A stretch of DNA of 64,000 nt from positions 37,343,967 to 37,407,966 of the forward strand of contig CM120640.1 of the NCBI GenBank assembly GCA_051362555.1, given 5' to 3'. The position numbers were made by a program, and so were the translations under genes. The notes under the pieces are model-generated. The model was not told where the DNA came from and made no database searches. It saw only the letters and a program-made list of their open reading frames with translations. Below are positions 51,940-64,000 of this stretch, in pieces (position 1 is the first letter of the stretch; every line of letters begins with the position of its first letter). Source of the DNA: Lingula anatina (Eukaryota > Animalia > Brachiopoda).

Positions 51940-53478
51940 GAGATCCAATGAAACTATTTTCAAACATTTATATATGCAATCAAGTTGTCTGCAGACTTGA
52001 TCTAAAAGATAATGTCGTAAATCGGACGTGCATTGTACACTGAAGTGTATTCAACCGATTGTGATAGAGACCATTGCCTGATTGTGCTATATTGCATATT
52101 ATATAGTGGCAGCTAAGAGATTGTGAAATACTGTATATACATATAGCAATTGCTACAGCGCAGGCAACCTAAAATAAGATCTCCTCATTGCATTTGCGAA
52201 TAAAGGAAATGTTGTTATAGTTCCTCTGCGTCTAGGCAACATTCTTTATTGTAAAATAGGTCTAATTTATTTGATAGAAGTGTTGTGGAATGTTTGGGCT
52301 TAAAGTTATAAGAACAAGCTTTGACTTAAATGTGCTGTTCTGTTGCGGACCTGATCCCAGAATTTTTGTCACGAGATATGGAACATTGTTGACTAAACAC
52401 TGTAGAAGGGTTTGTTGCTTGTAGAACATGTTACCTTACTTCATGTTAACGGCCCACCTACAATGTAACAAACGCTGTTTTCAGCAATCATACCGGCGAA
52501 ACAAATGCCGTCAAGGTTTCTATCACGAAAACAAATCCCTTTTTACTTCAATCTGAAATCGAAATCTTAGCGAATGTGAAATATTTCAATTCGAAAATAT
52601 GGATTCAACTAATTGGACATTTTGACTAAATGTTTCAAACCTGTGGTCATTAAGCGGCAATCCGTATGTTTTTGCTCCCCTGGATATACCGAAAATTTTA
52701 ATTTACTTATACGACGAATGTTACAGGCTTCTCTGCAAGTGGGTTTTTACTTCATGTCTTACAATTAACGGATCATGAATAAAGAGAATAGAAACAATTG
52801 CTTTGCTTATTTTCATTACTATATCCTTTATTTAAATAAATGGGCAGTAATGTTGAACTTTAGACACATTCCTTACAATAGTTTCTATATGACAAAGAAA
52901 ATCAAACAAACGAAAATGAGCATGTTAACACGAATTTTACTTATTTACCAGTAGAATTGACAAAGAAAATGTTATTAGCCTACTTGAACTACTGTACTAC
53001 ATCTATAAGGTTGCCGACGTTTAGTATAACTCGACCTATATATATTATTCAAGGAGCCGCCAAAAATACAACCAAACAGATTTTATCGTCCTGAAGAGGC
53101 CAGCTATCAGCCGCGCTGCAGTTGTTTACCTAAGCACAAAACTTTACATAACATACATTTTATTTTTGAAACAGTTGTATGGGATGGTAAATTATAAAAC
53201 AAAACAGATTCTAAAACAACGATAATCACAATGTACAGCTCTAAGGTCGTGATGACCTAAACGCTTGTTTAAGTCAGGGACATTTAATCTACAGATGGGA
53301 AACTTTCATTAACTGTTTGATTTTAAATGTTAAGGGTCCAAATTCTTTACAGAACTAAAGGGTACATGTAGTTGTATAATGACTTGTTTGTAAACTATAG
53401 GTTTGCCAACTACCCTTTAGAGACCCTCATTTTCAACAGATGGGATGCAATTATAACTATTGTGTTTCTCACTCAAAT

Positions 53479-56400
53479 CAAGGAGTTATAACAGAAGGAG
53501 ATTACACGCGTGGGGGCGGAGCCCGTATTACGGTCTCTCATTGGTCGGAATGAATAGAACCCAGAGAACAATAGATGCCTATCTCTGTTACGCTTAATTG
53601 CTACTCTCGTTTAAATCTCGTTTGTTAGTATCTGTGCCTTCGTCTGTTGATTTTTGAGGACAGACACAGAAACGGAGTCCCAAGTTTCTAAAAAATGAGA
53701 GAAATACAGAATTTATATGATATTACGTTGGACAAGGTTGTCAAAAAACAGGTAAGTGCTTTTCAATGCATAACTACACGAAATATGAAGATAAATTGCA
53801 ACTTTTATGTCGTAGGGTCTCACTGTGTAAGTGTCCAGCTACACGTTGATCTCGCGAGGTGGTGTGTGGAGAATAAATATTGCACGAAAAATATTTCCCA
53901 CTCATAACAAGTGCCTATAAATATAGTATCAGATGAAGAAAGTTTGGTCTTTATACAGTTGCAATTGTTAAGTAATTTGTGGCAATAGCAAAGAATAAAA
54001 CTCAGGTGCACTTTCAGTAGCCGAATAACAAGCAGATGCTTAAGCCGCCATCTTGTTAATATTTCGAAAAAAAATTACTCCAAAAGACATTTTCCTCCTA
54101 CTTTTTGAAACTTGTGTCACATGACAGTCATAAAATTTAACTAATTGTTATGTGTGCAACACACTTGCTTGAGCAGTATTGTTTTTTTTTTTGCGATTTT
54201 ACATGTGGTCTAGCTTGGATACGACAATTGACAATATTCATGAGTTCCGATCAAAAAGTGTTACGCTTGTTACGGCCAAAAGCCTTACCGCTTTTTGTAC
54301 TTTTCAAATGCAAGATTATAAAAAAATTTGGTGTGTTTAGATTCTTGAACATCTTGGTCGTGGCGTGGTATATATTGCATGGGTATTGCTCCAATATTTC
54401 TTGAAAAAAATAACCTGATTTGTTCAGAATACCAATTTTTTACTCTAGTGTTATGGGTAAATGTACCATTTTGGCCTTTACCTTTTTCGTGTTTAAAACT
54501 AAAAAGACTTATCATGACAGTTGGTCATCATTTTTCTTCTCACCATGATGGGTGGCTTTGGAGTGGTAACTTTGTTGTTAAAGTAAGGTGCTCAGTTATT
54601 TTGACTGGAAAAGTTTTGCCTCCACCCAGCATTTTCCATCATGGCGGTCCAGTATCTTTGGTATAGTTATTTTAAACTTATTTAGTCTTCCTTTTACATA
54701 TATATGTTTTAATTCATATTAAACCTTTGAAAAAAGAACACACATGAATCCTGGTGCTGTCTTAATTTAAAGTCTTAAGGTTTTAAGTTCACCTAGGCTC
54801 CACCAATTACTCTACCTGTTATCTCACTACACATCTCCCTTTGGGTCAAGGTGTGTAAGACACCTCTTATTGTGTAAGACACCTCTATAATTAAGGGTAC
54901 TTGCTTCTCTACTTTAATTATACTTCACTACTTTGGCATGTTAGGTGGCAAGCTTGGATGTTTCAGTTCATTTTAAGAAAGAAGCTTTGCCTTGGTGGTT
55001 ACAAAAGAATAGAACTCTATTAAGGTTTATTCATTACTTGAAAGTAAATATTTCATCTTGGAGTGTTGAAACAGAAATTCTCTCAAAATTGATAATGAAT
55101 TTTACATGCTTATCTTAACACTGCTCAAGTTTTTTTCCCTTCTATTATAGATATGGGAGAAGGCTACATTGAATGTATGAATTATGGTCAGGCTGGAAAA
55201 AATTAAAAAATGTCAATGAAAAAAGGAGGTCAGCGTGTCTGGGGTAAGTTACTTTTCTCATAATGCCTACGATGCATTAAACATTCACTAACAACAGTAC
55301 CCTTTTTTTAAATTTTTTTTCAAAATACAACAACCTTGGGCATTTTCCTTTTAGCAACCGGCCTCTCTGAAATCCCCTTTTTGTCCTGTCAGAAGAGTAG
55401 GAACCAGGGCGGATTTAAATAATTTCTTGTAATAAGTACAATTTCTTTCAATTTCTTGGAGTTATTAGCTTGTGATCATGAATCTTGATATTTTATATAA
55501 ATTTAGTTGTAAATTGTTCATTTATGTGGTGAACATTATTTCAGTCAAGTCATAACAAGATACATTAAACTTCACTGCGTAATTCCATAATGTCTACATG
55601 GATACTAGTAGTTCATAATGCTATTATGATGTTTGTTTTTTTCTAACCTACAGGTTTCTCTCTTTTCTGAGTGGCATGGCATTGGCAGGCAGAAGAAAAG
55701 GTCCTGAAGAAATTCTCACTTGAGTTGTCCTTTTTGGAGAAGAAACTGGATAAGACTGGCCAACAGAGATTGCATTAAATTAATAGTGCTCCTTCATGAC
55801 ATTTTAAAATATTTTCAGTCACCTAACTGATTCTATACATTTCAAAAGTTGACATAAATTTTATGTTACTGTCACTTGGAAAAAGATTCAAAACCTATAT
55901 ATAATTTGTTGAGTGCCATGGTATAACAGTCTACTTGATTGCAAGTAAAATTTGGACTGTTTCAGTGAAATTTCTTTAAAGCAGTTAATTTTTTCAGCTG
56001 TAACATGTACTCCAGTTCATTTTATAAATGTTCTTACTAAGTGTTGTCTTTACTTATAATTACCTTTTGAAAATCCCATGTTTTTTATCCTATTTGTAAG
56101 AATTAGCCACTTTAACTTCTAGGGTTTTTTTTCATCCAGCCCATTAGATTCTCAGACCTTGCTGGCCTGTGAGTGGAATAGTATCTGGCACAGACTGGTA
56201 TCAGCAAGTCAGATAAAAAAGAATATAATTATTTCTATTTGCACAGTTGAAAAAAATGCCAACATAGACTGAATAAAACTGGAAAACTATAGCAACTTAA
56301 TCATTCTTATGACTTCATTAATTACTGCTTATGTGTAAAATTTTGTTTTTGTTCTTCTATTGATATAATAAAATGGTTTTACTCACAGATGCTACTATCA

Positions 56401-57329
56401 TGATGCTTGAGTATAGAGTTGACTTAAAAGATATTTTAAGTTAATATAGTAAATAATAGTTTGAAATTAAAAATTCTCATCTTTATTTGTTTCACTTTAA
56501 AAAGCTCAGTTAATACTAAAATTTCTGATATATTTTGTACATAAATATATTTATGAATGAATATTCTTAATGTTTAGCACTGTGTACTTGTTTACCGACA
56601 AATATGAAGTGTTAGTATGTGTCAAAATAATCCTAAAAAAAAAAGGGAGATTTCCAAGATAAAGAAATTTATAACGAGTATTTAGTAAATTGACATGTCG
56701 TGGCATTGCTTCAACCTTTGATTAAAATTTCACTTCAATGCATTAGGATATTAAAATTATACCGAGTGACAGAAAAAAATACTTAAAGAAATTTAAAACC
56801 ATGCAGTCACAAAGCTTAGGCACTGTCTCAATGTATATGTTTATGGGACCCAAGGGCAGGAGGGTCCAAACGTTTATGTTATAATATTATGTTCTTTGGC
56901 AGTGAGGACAGACGTTCACTTGAATGTCATTTTCACAAACCACAGTTGGGACGTTTTCTTTTGACTTATCCTTGGTGATTTTTCACTGTGTTGTGCAAAA
57001 GAAAAGCCATCTATCACCGACTCAAAAAAACTCATGGCGACCATCCTCAGTCACCACCTTAAAATCGCTTTCTATGATATCGTTCCCTCCCAGCACATAG
57101 TCCAAATAACTACCTGTGAAAAAAATCGTCAGCATACAGCGCCGCTTTGACACTACTGATTTCGAATTCTAACGCGAAATAACGCATATAAAATCAATCT
57201 CCGAGCGGAGGAGAGCGACCCAGACGAAACCTTGAGACAGGAGGCCCCCCGTAGCTAGCTCCGCCCACCGTAACAGACATCGGACAATAGAGAGGCTTGC
57301 GTGTAATCTCCTTCTGTTATAACTCCTTG
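53479..57329. mobile_element. 3851-bp non-autonomous DNA transposon, P-superfamily-like
   Basis: Perfect 31-bp TIRs caaggagttataacagaaggagattacacgc (53479-53509; reverse complement at 57299-57329). Perfect 7-bp TSD ctcaaat (53472-53478 and 57330-57336). CANRG termini with a 7-8-bp TSD are typical of P elements. Subterminal gggcggagc/gctccgccc motifs. No transposase ORF visible. Confidence 0.9.
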
Positions 57330-57708
57330 CTCAAATTATAATCTCACAACTACAGTATACCTACATTTTGAACATTGCCTACATCTTTGAGGAGCACGTT
57401 ATATAGGCCCTTGAAGCCATGCGTTGCACCTAAACCCCACCTAGCTGGCCAACAGAAAAAGCCATGGTGTCGAGAAAGACCACACAACCTTTTTGTAAAT
57501 AGTAAGTTGCGAGTTCCCCAAGCATTAATGGACCATATACTAGTATTTATATGATCCTAATGGTATAGAACCCGACATATCTGCATGCTCATTCAATTCT
57601 GGGTGATGTTTTAAAGGCTAAGATTATTGGTTAAAAAAAAGTGGTTGCTAGGAGTCCAACCAATCGCAGAAGTGACGCATGCGCAGACACTCTATATACC
57701 TAACATGC

Positions 57709-57980
57709 TCAGTCCTCATGGGCATAGTATTCAATGCTAGCTTCGTCGACCACCTGCGGCTTTGACATAGATTTCTTGACGGATCTGAACGTCCTTTCAT
57801 AATCGCTTGTGCTAGAAGTCATGGCATCACCGTCTATCTCTTCGTATTCAAATTGCCCTTTGTACTGCCTGTACTTTTGCAGTGCAGCAATGGCACCAAA
57901 GACGAATAAGTCTACGGCAAAGATGCCCCCGTTCACGTAAAACACGTCATCGTACGAGTGCCGGAGGTCGTAGATTAGAC
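57709..57980 (-). CDS. SLC16/monocarboxylate transporter-like MFS protein, coding exon 6 (last)
   Basis: Acceptor tacattccag, phase 1; GLIYDLRHSYDDVFYVNGG (G.l.D...sY...Fy of MCT TM11-12) to the TGA at 57709. Confidence 0.9.
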
Positions 57981-58254
57981 CTGGAATGTACACAGTGAAC
58001 AAACTGATTTATTGCTGATTTTCAATACAACAGAAACGTTCTATTCCTGTTAATTTACTTTTTCAGCTTTCATAATATCTGTAAACTTAAGTATTCAAAA
58101 GCTTAGAACCTACGGAGATTCTTAGAACTCGGGATGTAAAATTCAAGATGTAGCAAGCATTGCATAGTTTATCTCAATTGTATGGTATCCTAGGCCTGCT
58201 GTAATTTGTTTAATGGAGGTCCCTCTATACTGTTAGCTATATCTATCAACTTAC

Positions 58255-58395
58255 CTGAGAAGAAAGGTCCTAATAAGATCCCAAATCCTGACCACATATT
58301 TGTTAACGCCCAAGCGACATCTAGCGATAGCCCTGTAACTTCACCGGATGCTGCATATGCATACACTATTGTCAACCCAAGAAATACCCCCATTG
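58255..58395 (-). CDS. SLC16-like transporter, exon 5
   Basis: Acceptor ataattacag and donor tcag|gtaagt; AMGVFLG...GILLGPFFSG; phase 1/1. Confidence 0.9.
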
Positions 58396-58424
58396 CTGTA
58401 ATTATAAAGAGGAAATTTTTCTAT

Positions 58425-58549
58425 ATGTTAAAACACTTGTCCGAAATAATATCCATATACATCCAGCGTTATATAATTATAAAAATAAAACATTTTAAAT
58501 GTTAAAACACTTGTCCGATATTATATCCATATACATGCAGCGTTACATA
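58425..58549 (+). repeat. Intronic ~50-bp direct repeat, period 74
   Basis: atgttaaaacacttgtccga..atatccatatacat.cagcgtta at 58425 and 58499. Confidence 0.85.
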
Positions 58550-58690
58550 TAGTTCATATTACTTCACAATATATTTTATCCGCATTCGACATACCCCACA
58601 CGACCTTCGATCCTCAAAATCCGTCAACAGTTTTCAAAAAGGACCATAAGTGTATAATGGTTTAAAAGATGATCTTAAATATACACCTAC

Positions 58691-58919
58691 CGGAAGAAAT
58701 CACCATTATTTCAGCGTAGCTGGCGTCCACAAAAGGCCACACTATACAAATGACGGCTAGTGCCAACGAAGCCAGTATATTTGAGAAGACTAATTTTCCT
58801 CTAAAGAACACCCCGACCAAGGAGGCCACCACGTAGCTTATGCATTCCCCTAGGCTCAGAACGGTCAAAGCCCAAGAGCTGTCTATTGCTTTGATACCCT
58901 TTAACTTCATGTAATACGG
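58691..58919 (-). CDS. SLC16-like transporter, exon 4
   Basis: Acceptor tttgcattccag and donor ccg|gtaggt; PYYMKLKGIKAIDSSWAL...VISS; phase 0/1. Confidence 0.9.
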
Positions 58920-60470
58920 CTGGAATGCAAATTGAACAAAGGTTTATTTTATTGGCAATAAAGCATGGAACGGACATCATTTGAAAACGATCTCTTAATG
59001 ACGTTCTTCTTTCAGTAATTTCTCCTAAATTTGATGAAAAGTGGCTGAAAATTTGCATTTAATTGTTTAGGTTAAAGTGGAAGTGGCTTATTGTTATAGA
59101 TAGGTTTACCCATCGTACAGAAAAGCAATTTAAACCAACTGCAGTCTTTAATATTGTGTCGTTAAAGTAAAGGAGCAAACTTTTCAATCAATCAGTTAAT
59201 TTATTTCGAATGATTACCACCATATGACTAAGATAAACCGTAATTATAAAATTTAACGTACTTAACCTAACTGAAAACATCTGTCACAAAGCCCCATGGT
59301 GGCAAATATTGCAATGGATTTCTTGCGCTCCAAATTAATTTTCAATTGAGCTAAGAACATATTTGGATAGTATATTTTAAACGAAAGAAAATATGAAGTT
59401 GACAAAGAGCACTAAGGGAATAGTGAAGAAAATGCAATTAAGTTCATTTTAATGAAAAGCCCACGCCAATGATTCGTTCTCATGCCTTCGGGCTTTATCA
59501 TCTCTATTTATGGCATGAAACGCGTCATATTTTTTATTAGACAATCTTGATTATACTACGTATTTGGCACTTCATATCATAACGAAGCACACAGATTGGT
59601 CTTTTCTATTGACTGATGACAACTAATAACAACAGAAATCTGTTTCAATTCCTTATAATTGTGGTCAAACACTTTGCAACTAGAAGGGCAAAGGTGCTGA
59701 GGGATTCGTAAATGTCCTTGGTGTGTATCATCTCTCCACATGTAACATGGACAATGAATAGGCTTAGGTTATCTCTTTAAAAATCAGCCTTTTCTATAAA
59801 TCAACAAGTCGCTTATTGATTGTCTCACCCAGAGAGCCCTAACCTGCCTTTAGACCTTTGGGTGATGGTCTAAGGAGGATTTACGAAAAATCAATAATTG
59901 ATTTGATACCCTTAGTTCTCCAGACAGAGATATATCTGCTACCAAAAAGCTTAAAGAACTGTGTTTAAAAAGGTTCAATGCCACCAATTGGCATGCTACT
60001 TAACTACAATTTTTATCGTTTTATTTACAAATGGGCGGATTTTGGGGGTATTGGCTAATAGACGGTAAACTTGGAAATGACTTATTGTCATGAAGAATGG
60101 AGTAAAAATGCTGTCAGTTACGGCTTCGGAAACTAAAAACGATAATGTAATAATCACTCTTTGTTTTTCTTTCTTGAGTTTTACTTTGACTGAAACATTT
60201 CACCTGATGTAAATTTAACTCCCAATGAATGAGCTTGAATCGCATTTATGGAAGCGCCTTCACAATGCAGCAACTGTTAGGAAACTGGCTGCATGCTTTC
60301 TTTGCACACTCAAACTACATGTACAGTATGCATGTATCGCCAAATTCCTCTCGAAATAAATATGAATGAACCCAATAAATGATTAGAACGATATTTAAAA
60401 AACCGTCTGGTGCGTTGAGAGACAGTTATGCCACCTATTGGCAGATTTAAATCATTGTTATTGTACTCAC

Positions 60471-60766
60471 CAAATTCAAAAACGGCATATAAAACCCCAA
60501 GTAACTCAACGTATTTCCAAAGAGCCAAAGTAGAATCTCTGGCCTTTGTTTTAGAACTACGCAGGAACCAAAACAACTGCGCAGAGACAGGTCTTTTGTC
60601 TTCTCTTCGTTATCCAAGTCGAAGTAGGCCGGAGTTTTCCGAGGAGCAAATGTAGCTACACAGCAGACGCCGGCAATGAAGATCATCCCAGACGCAGCCC
60701 TGAACGCCACTCTCCAACCGTAACTGTTTACCAACCAGGCGTTTATAGGATTGAAAACAAGACTCC
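60471..60766 (-). CDS. SLC16-like transporter, exon 3
   Basis: Acceptor tgaatttag and donor ttg|gtgagt; contains YGWR (MCT motif) and LGFYMPFLNL; phase 1/0. Confidence 0.92.
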
Positions 60767-61265
60767 CTAAATTCAAAATACAAGAAACCGTTAGCCAAAA
60801 AGAAAAAAATATAACTCCCTTTTAACTATATGTAAGTTAATATATGTTGACATGACAAGATGATAATTTATTTATCTTGAAAAAAGGTACATTTTTGCTG
60901 AAGCAAATCAGCACTTGGCGTCACATTACAGAAATCACCATTATGTCCAAGTGACACATATACCTTTAATCAAAGGAACACCAAGCAATTAACACCGAAA
61001 ACCTTTTTATGCAGTCGAAAGGACTTGCATTTACTCAATTCAACACGCACAAAGGACATCTCTCATCGGCGTTTTGGCTTCAACAATTACAAACCATTCA
61101 GAAAACCTTACGCTTCGGTTATCAAACCCAATGGAATGTGCGCTAAGCATTACTACGGTTGTTCAGCCCTGACATGAAAGTGCCATTTAATCTTTAACGC
61201 GCGTTTCTCCCACTTTCACCGCCTTCATCAACCGATGCCAAGATCGATGTTTAATGTCCTCTTAC

Positions 61266-61577
61266 CGACGGGGTAGCCGCATAACAAAATACTGGTGGCC
61301 AGGACATGCTGCGGGTGGTCCTTGTCGAAGTAATCGCCAATAATCAGCGAGGAGGCCATGTAGATGAAACTGGAACCAATGCCGTACAGCAGACTGTGGG
61401 TCAGAAACATCCACTCCAACGAGGTGACCAGGGACGAGGCTATACAGCTGACGGTCAGAATTATCACTCCCAGGAGACCCACGATCCGGAACCCGTGAGG
61501 TCCGACCACGCGTATCAAAGCGACGGAGACGGGGGAGAAGGACAGCGACACGCAGAATGACAGCGTCCCCACCCAGT
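61266..61577 (-). CDS. SLC16-like transporter, exon 2
   Basis: Acceptor tttcattacag and donor gtcg|gtaaga; WVGTL...SP.....LYGIGSSFIY...IIGDYFDK..LA; phase 1/1. Confidence 0.92.
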
Positions 61578-63472
61578 CTGTAATGAAACAGAGACATAAT
61601 TTGTTTACTTTCTACGCGTGTGTATGTGTTTGCGTGTCAAAGGGTGTTCTAATACATAAAACGTGATAAATTGATTCGCTTCAATTGGCCAGAAAAGTGT
61701 TGTCAGTTCGCATCCATACAATGTTTCGATTGTCAGTCCATGCATGTGTATAGGTCATAACGTGTTGCATAATGTAGCATGAATCATATGACACCTTTAC
61801 GTTTCTTATTCGTATTATTTGCCATTGTCAAATTTGATATTCTGCAGGTGTTGCATAAGCGTATGCAACGCGGGTAGGCTTTCACACATAAACAACTTTT
61901 GAACATTTGAAACTACAACGTCAGGAAAAAGTGTGCCCGTTTTAATCTTTAATACAATACCAAGTGACTCGGTTAACAAAAAAAGTTGGTTTCTCTAGCC
62001 TTGCCATTATCCATAACCTAAGCAGGGATTTAAACTATACCAAATATCTGCTAGGAATGGACACATACATGTACAGTGAATAACGTGGCATACATACCCC
62101 ATGACCCAATTTGCACCCTAGCGCCCTAAAATGACACTGAATTTGTTTCTGCCAATTAAAGTATGTATAGGGAAAAATCAAACAGGACTGCGAAACAGTC
62201 AGCTTCGATTGTGTTAACAAAGATCAATGACATTTGCACTACCTTTGAGTAACAATTTCTATTCTATACTAACGGCGAGCGAATCTAGGTCCTTTGTAGC
62301 AGGCGGATGCTGAGATTATTATGTCGCTTTGATCGCTGCTAGTGTAAATTGCAATGGGACTGTTCGTTGTGAGACACGTAAGAGCAGTTCATAGAAGGTA
62401 ACTGAAAAGTCAGACGAACCTTTGTTGATGAATTAGAGGTAATGGCAGTGCCACAATAGTGTCATATCCTCTACAGGGAATGGGGAAGGTTGCTGTTTTG
62501 CATAAACGAAGGACAGTATCTTGCCTTCATTTCTTACCGTGCCTTTCTTTATATATTACCACGAAAACCGTACTTAAGATGTGCACAGGTATTTTGACCC
62601 TGTTCAAAACGGAAAGCCTTTCAATTAAATAGATATGATATATCATCTTTTTTTTATACTGATTGCATAAATCATCAGCCTTCAAATGTTAATACTTCTG
62701 CATTTCAAAGCATTGAATTGCTCTGCTAATCACAGATGGCACATGCATTCATTGTGATTATGAATAATTAAGTTTCCATGTCGCTAATTTATTAATTACG
62801 AAACCGCGACAAAACAGGAAAAATACCATTTTTCCTTTTCGTCACTTACGACAAGTGACCTCCCTGATAAAGTACTTAACATGGATTAGGCTCTTCAATT
62901 GAACGTTTGATTAATGACGACATGGTGTATCGTTAATAAAGCACATACAGAACTGGTCTTTTAAGTTTGCAGCTTCAAAGTCGGTTCTCGTTTGATACAG
63001 TCTGTATGGATTTAAACGAAACAAAAGGTACAGTAGACCGTAAAATAGATGTTAGAGTATCTAGTTTCTTTCCAAACAGTTTTAAAAATGTTTTTTTCTG
63101 TGGTATCTCCGCCACACACTTTTTATTAATTGTATGGACTAGATGAGGTAAAAAAAATCAGTGTCGGAAGAGAATGGTGCCACAGTCAGTATAAAGGTTC
63201 ACGAGGTGGGACATTTCATCTGACAAACCCACGTTTTGAACTGAAAATCTTTTTCTGCACATTGCGGCGGAAACTCCGAAAGCATACTGTCACACCCAAA
63301 AAGTTTAAACATTTAGCAACATGCTTGATAAAATAGTGATGATATTGAAAATGATATTTGAAATTAAAGAGCCAAAAGATCATGTGGATGTAAAAAAAGA
63401 TTGCAAGGATAGTAATAAACTAAAATAATAATAATAATAAAAGATACAAATGCAAATCAAACAGACACCCAC

Positions 63473-63659
63473 TCTGTTCTGCCAAAGATCTGTGGTAGTC
63501 ATTGGTGAGCTTGACGACAAAGACGCCGAAGCTGTAAGTAATCCCACTTCTGATGACGGTCACGATGAGCACGGCGAAGCAAATCAGCCACCCTTGGACG
63601 TTCGGGGACAGCGTTGGGCGGGGTAGACGATCTCGAAGCTGGGATAATTGAGACAGCAT
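63473..63659 (-). CDS. SLC16-like transporter, coding exon 1 (whole CDS 1437 nt, ~478 aa)
   Basis: ATG at 63659 directly after an acceptor (ttttttag), implying a further upstream exon. PNVQGWLICFA...GITYSFGVF matches the MCT N-terminal P.ggwGW....a...G...sfGvf motif. Donor caga|gtgggt, phase 1. Confidence 0.88.
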
Positions 63660-64000
63660 ACTAAAAAATTAAAAAAGAATGTCCAGAGATTTTGTTGTTG
63701 ATTTTGTCAGTTCAGTAGAGCAAAGATTGGATAGCTTGAATAAAATAATTATAAAGCAATATGCATTATATAGTGTATATAGATCTGTCTAGATAGAAAA
63801 CATCTGAAAACAGTCAATGACAAAAATGCCAAGACCTTAGTAAAATCCGTTACCTTTGATTAACAATATACTTAATAAAGACTTTTTTCCGAAATTGAAA
63901 CAACATGATATGCCAACTCTGAAAGCTGAACCTTGGTCAGCGTGACTGAGTTTATTAGTCACTTAATCATCTTAAGCAATGCCACTAAGATTTTTATGTT

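Noticed and set aside
53088-53122. CTGAAGA-GGC...GCC hammerhead-like half
   Set aside because: The GAAA core and cleavage triplet are absent.
60310-61597. Alternative-frame and antisense ORFs over SLC16 exons
   Set aside because: Shadows of the transporter exons.

Overview
AT-rich animal genomic DNA with spliceosomal (GT-AG) introns, most likely from a marine invertebrate of lophotrochozoan type (inferred from gene content). It is not prokaryotic, and nearly all short ORFs in the track are noise. Three protein-coding genes can be reconstructed by hand. (1) The first four exons (2051->72, minus strand, running off the window start) of a Cys-less 'Pro-loop' pentameric ligand-gated ion channel subunit with no apparent signal peptide; only its first exon appears in the ORF track. 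(2) A beta-adrenergic-like octopamine receptor GPCR with an uninterrupted ORF (30476-31744, plus). Its TGA sits in a CARYYA readthrough context and is followed by an open frame and a splice donor. (3) A six-exon SLC16/monocarboxylate-transporter-like MFS gene (63659->57709, minus, about 478 aa). Between the genes lie a 3.85-kb non-autonomous P-superfamily-like DNA transposon (perfect 31-bp TIRs, 7-bp TSD), a Penelope-like RT fragment inside inverted repeats carrying a degenerate hammerhead-like motif, a decayed LRR/Toll-like pseudogene, several MITE-like hairpins, short tandem duplications and microsatellites. All family assignments come from motif recognition by eye; no database search was run.
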